A stretch of DNA of 63,836 nt, counting the filler, from Octopus bimaculoides (lineage: Eukaryota), in NCBI RefSeq assembly GCF_001194135.2. It is 4 parts of 4 records of this genome, joined end to end, with 100 filler letters (N's around TTAATTAATTAA, not from the genome) between each part and the next. Parts side by side here need not be neighbours in the genome. Positions count along the whole stretch, not along the records: positions 62,039 to 63,836 come from NW_026318865.1; 3 more parts are not named here. One strand, 5' to 3'. The position numbers and the translations under genes are program-made. Positions 63,061 through 63,836 of this stretch are shown in pieces. Every line of letters starts with the position of its first letter. Within the stretch, counting starts at the first letter, position 1. The notes below the pieces were generated by a model. That model was given only the letters and a program-made list of their open reading frames with translations, did no database searches and had not been told where the DNA came from.

Positions 63061-63836
63061 ACCTCCTTAGAAAATGATATAATTCTATCTGCCCGGCTGA
63101 CCCTCATATCCTTTGATAATAAGCACTAACCTCAACAATAATAGAAGCAACTTCTTTGATATAACCTTGAGCGCATCCGACTCTGCTTAGGTCGCAACTC
63201 TAGTCGGATTGTACCTCCTTCATTAGCTCTGCACACAATCCCTCCATCAAAGGGGGTTTATACTGGGATGATGCATTGTTTATTACAACCGGCCTAACAA
63301 AATCTGCATTAGAAAACACTAGAAAACTCTTACATAAATTCTTCACCAACTTTAACCTATCTATCTCTTTCAAAAACACTTACAGGACAGCAAATTTTCT
63401 AGATGTTACTTTAGATTTAAACTCTTTACTACACTTCCCATATCATAAACCCAATCAATACCTTAAATACATCAACACAGAATCTAGCCACCATAAATCT
63501 ACTTTTGAGAGCATATCAAAGGCATATCCATCAGAATATCCAATCTATACACCAATGAAGAAATCTTCAATAACTACACCAACTACTATAACCAAGTTCT
63601 AGCTGCTAGTGGTTTCTCCCAGAAGATTAGATTTATACCCAACTCTAGACTTAAGGAACACCTCTTGAAATTTAGCTGTGGACAAACGTGCGCAAATATT
63701 GGAAATCCAATCCCTCCTACTATGATGAGTCAATCTCACCCATCTAGCACCAGCATGCACAACACTCGATCTACAAACACTAATACTAGACCTTCCAACT
63801 CTCCTCTAACATTCACTAGGAATTACACCTCCCCTA
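63061..63836 (+). mobile_element. Second Naiad-type PLE RT fragment, runs off the window
   Basis: DIILSARLTL, FFDITL..., LVGLYLL, GLYWDDAL, NFLDVTLDL, PYHKPN, YINTESSH. Confidence 0.82.

Overview
AT-rich, microsatellite-saturated, gapped animal genomic DNA with no recognisable host protein-coding exon, rRNA, true tRNA gene or CRISPR array. The tRNA-derived SINE families and simple-repeat load suggest a coleoid cephalopod, probably Octopus (inference). The window holds decayed mobile elements: at least four SINE architectures, four mariner-type elements, MITEs, R4/Dong-like, CR1-like and L1/Tx1-like LINE fragments, and three Penelope-like (PLE) fragments. Three synthetic 100-bp spacers (44N-TTAATTAATTAA-44N) mark artificial joins. 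Most ORFs in the supplied track are translations of microsatellites or N-runs. Best leads: (1) a Naiad-type PLE (59101-60570) whose only two in-frame TGA codons both fall at positions that are normally Cys, suggesting a selenocysteine-recoded retrotransposon; (2) hammerhead ribozyme folds at 40081-40227 and 61780-61825, plus relics; (3) a 1.75-kb array of about 67 26-bp units, length-conserved but sequence-diverged and rich in dyads (8095-9842); (4) two unrelated mariner families that both occur as inverted fusions of two 5' ends; (5) a young 145-bp module found twice beside older R4/Dong fragments; (6) large inverted-repeat structures. All alignments, folds and family assignments were made by eye and from memory of family motifs; no database search was run.
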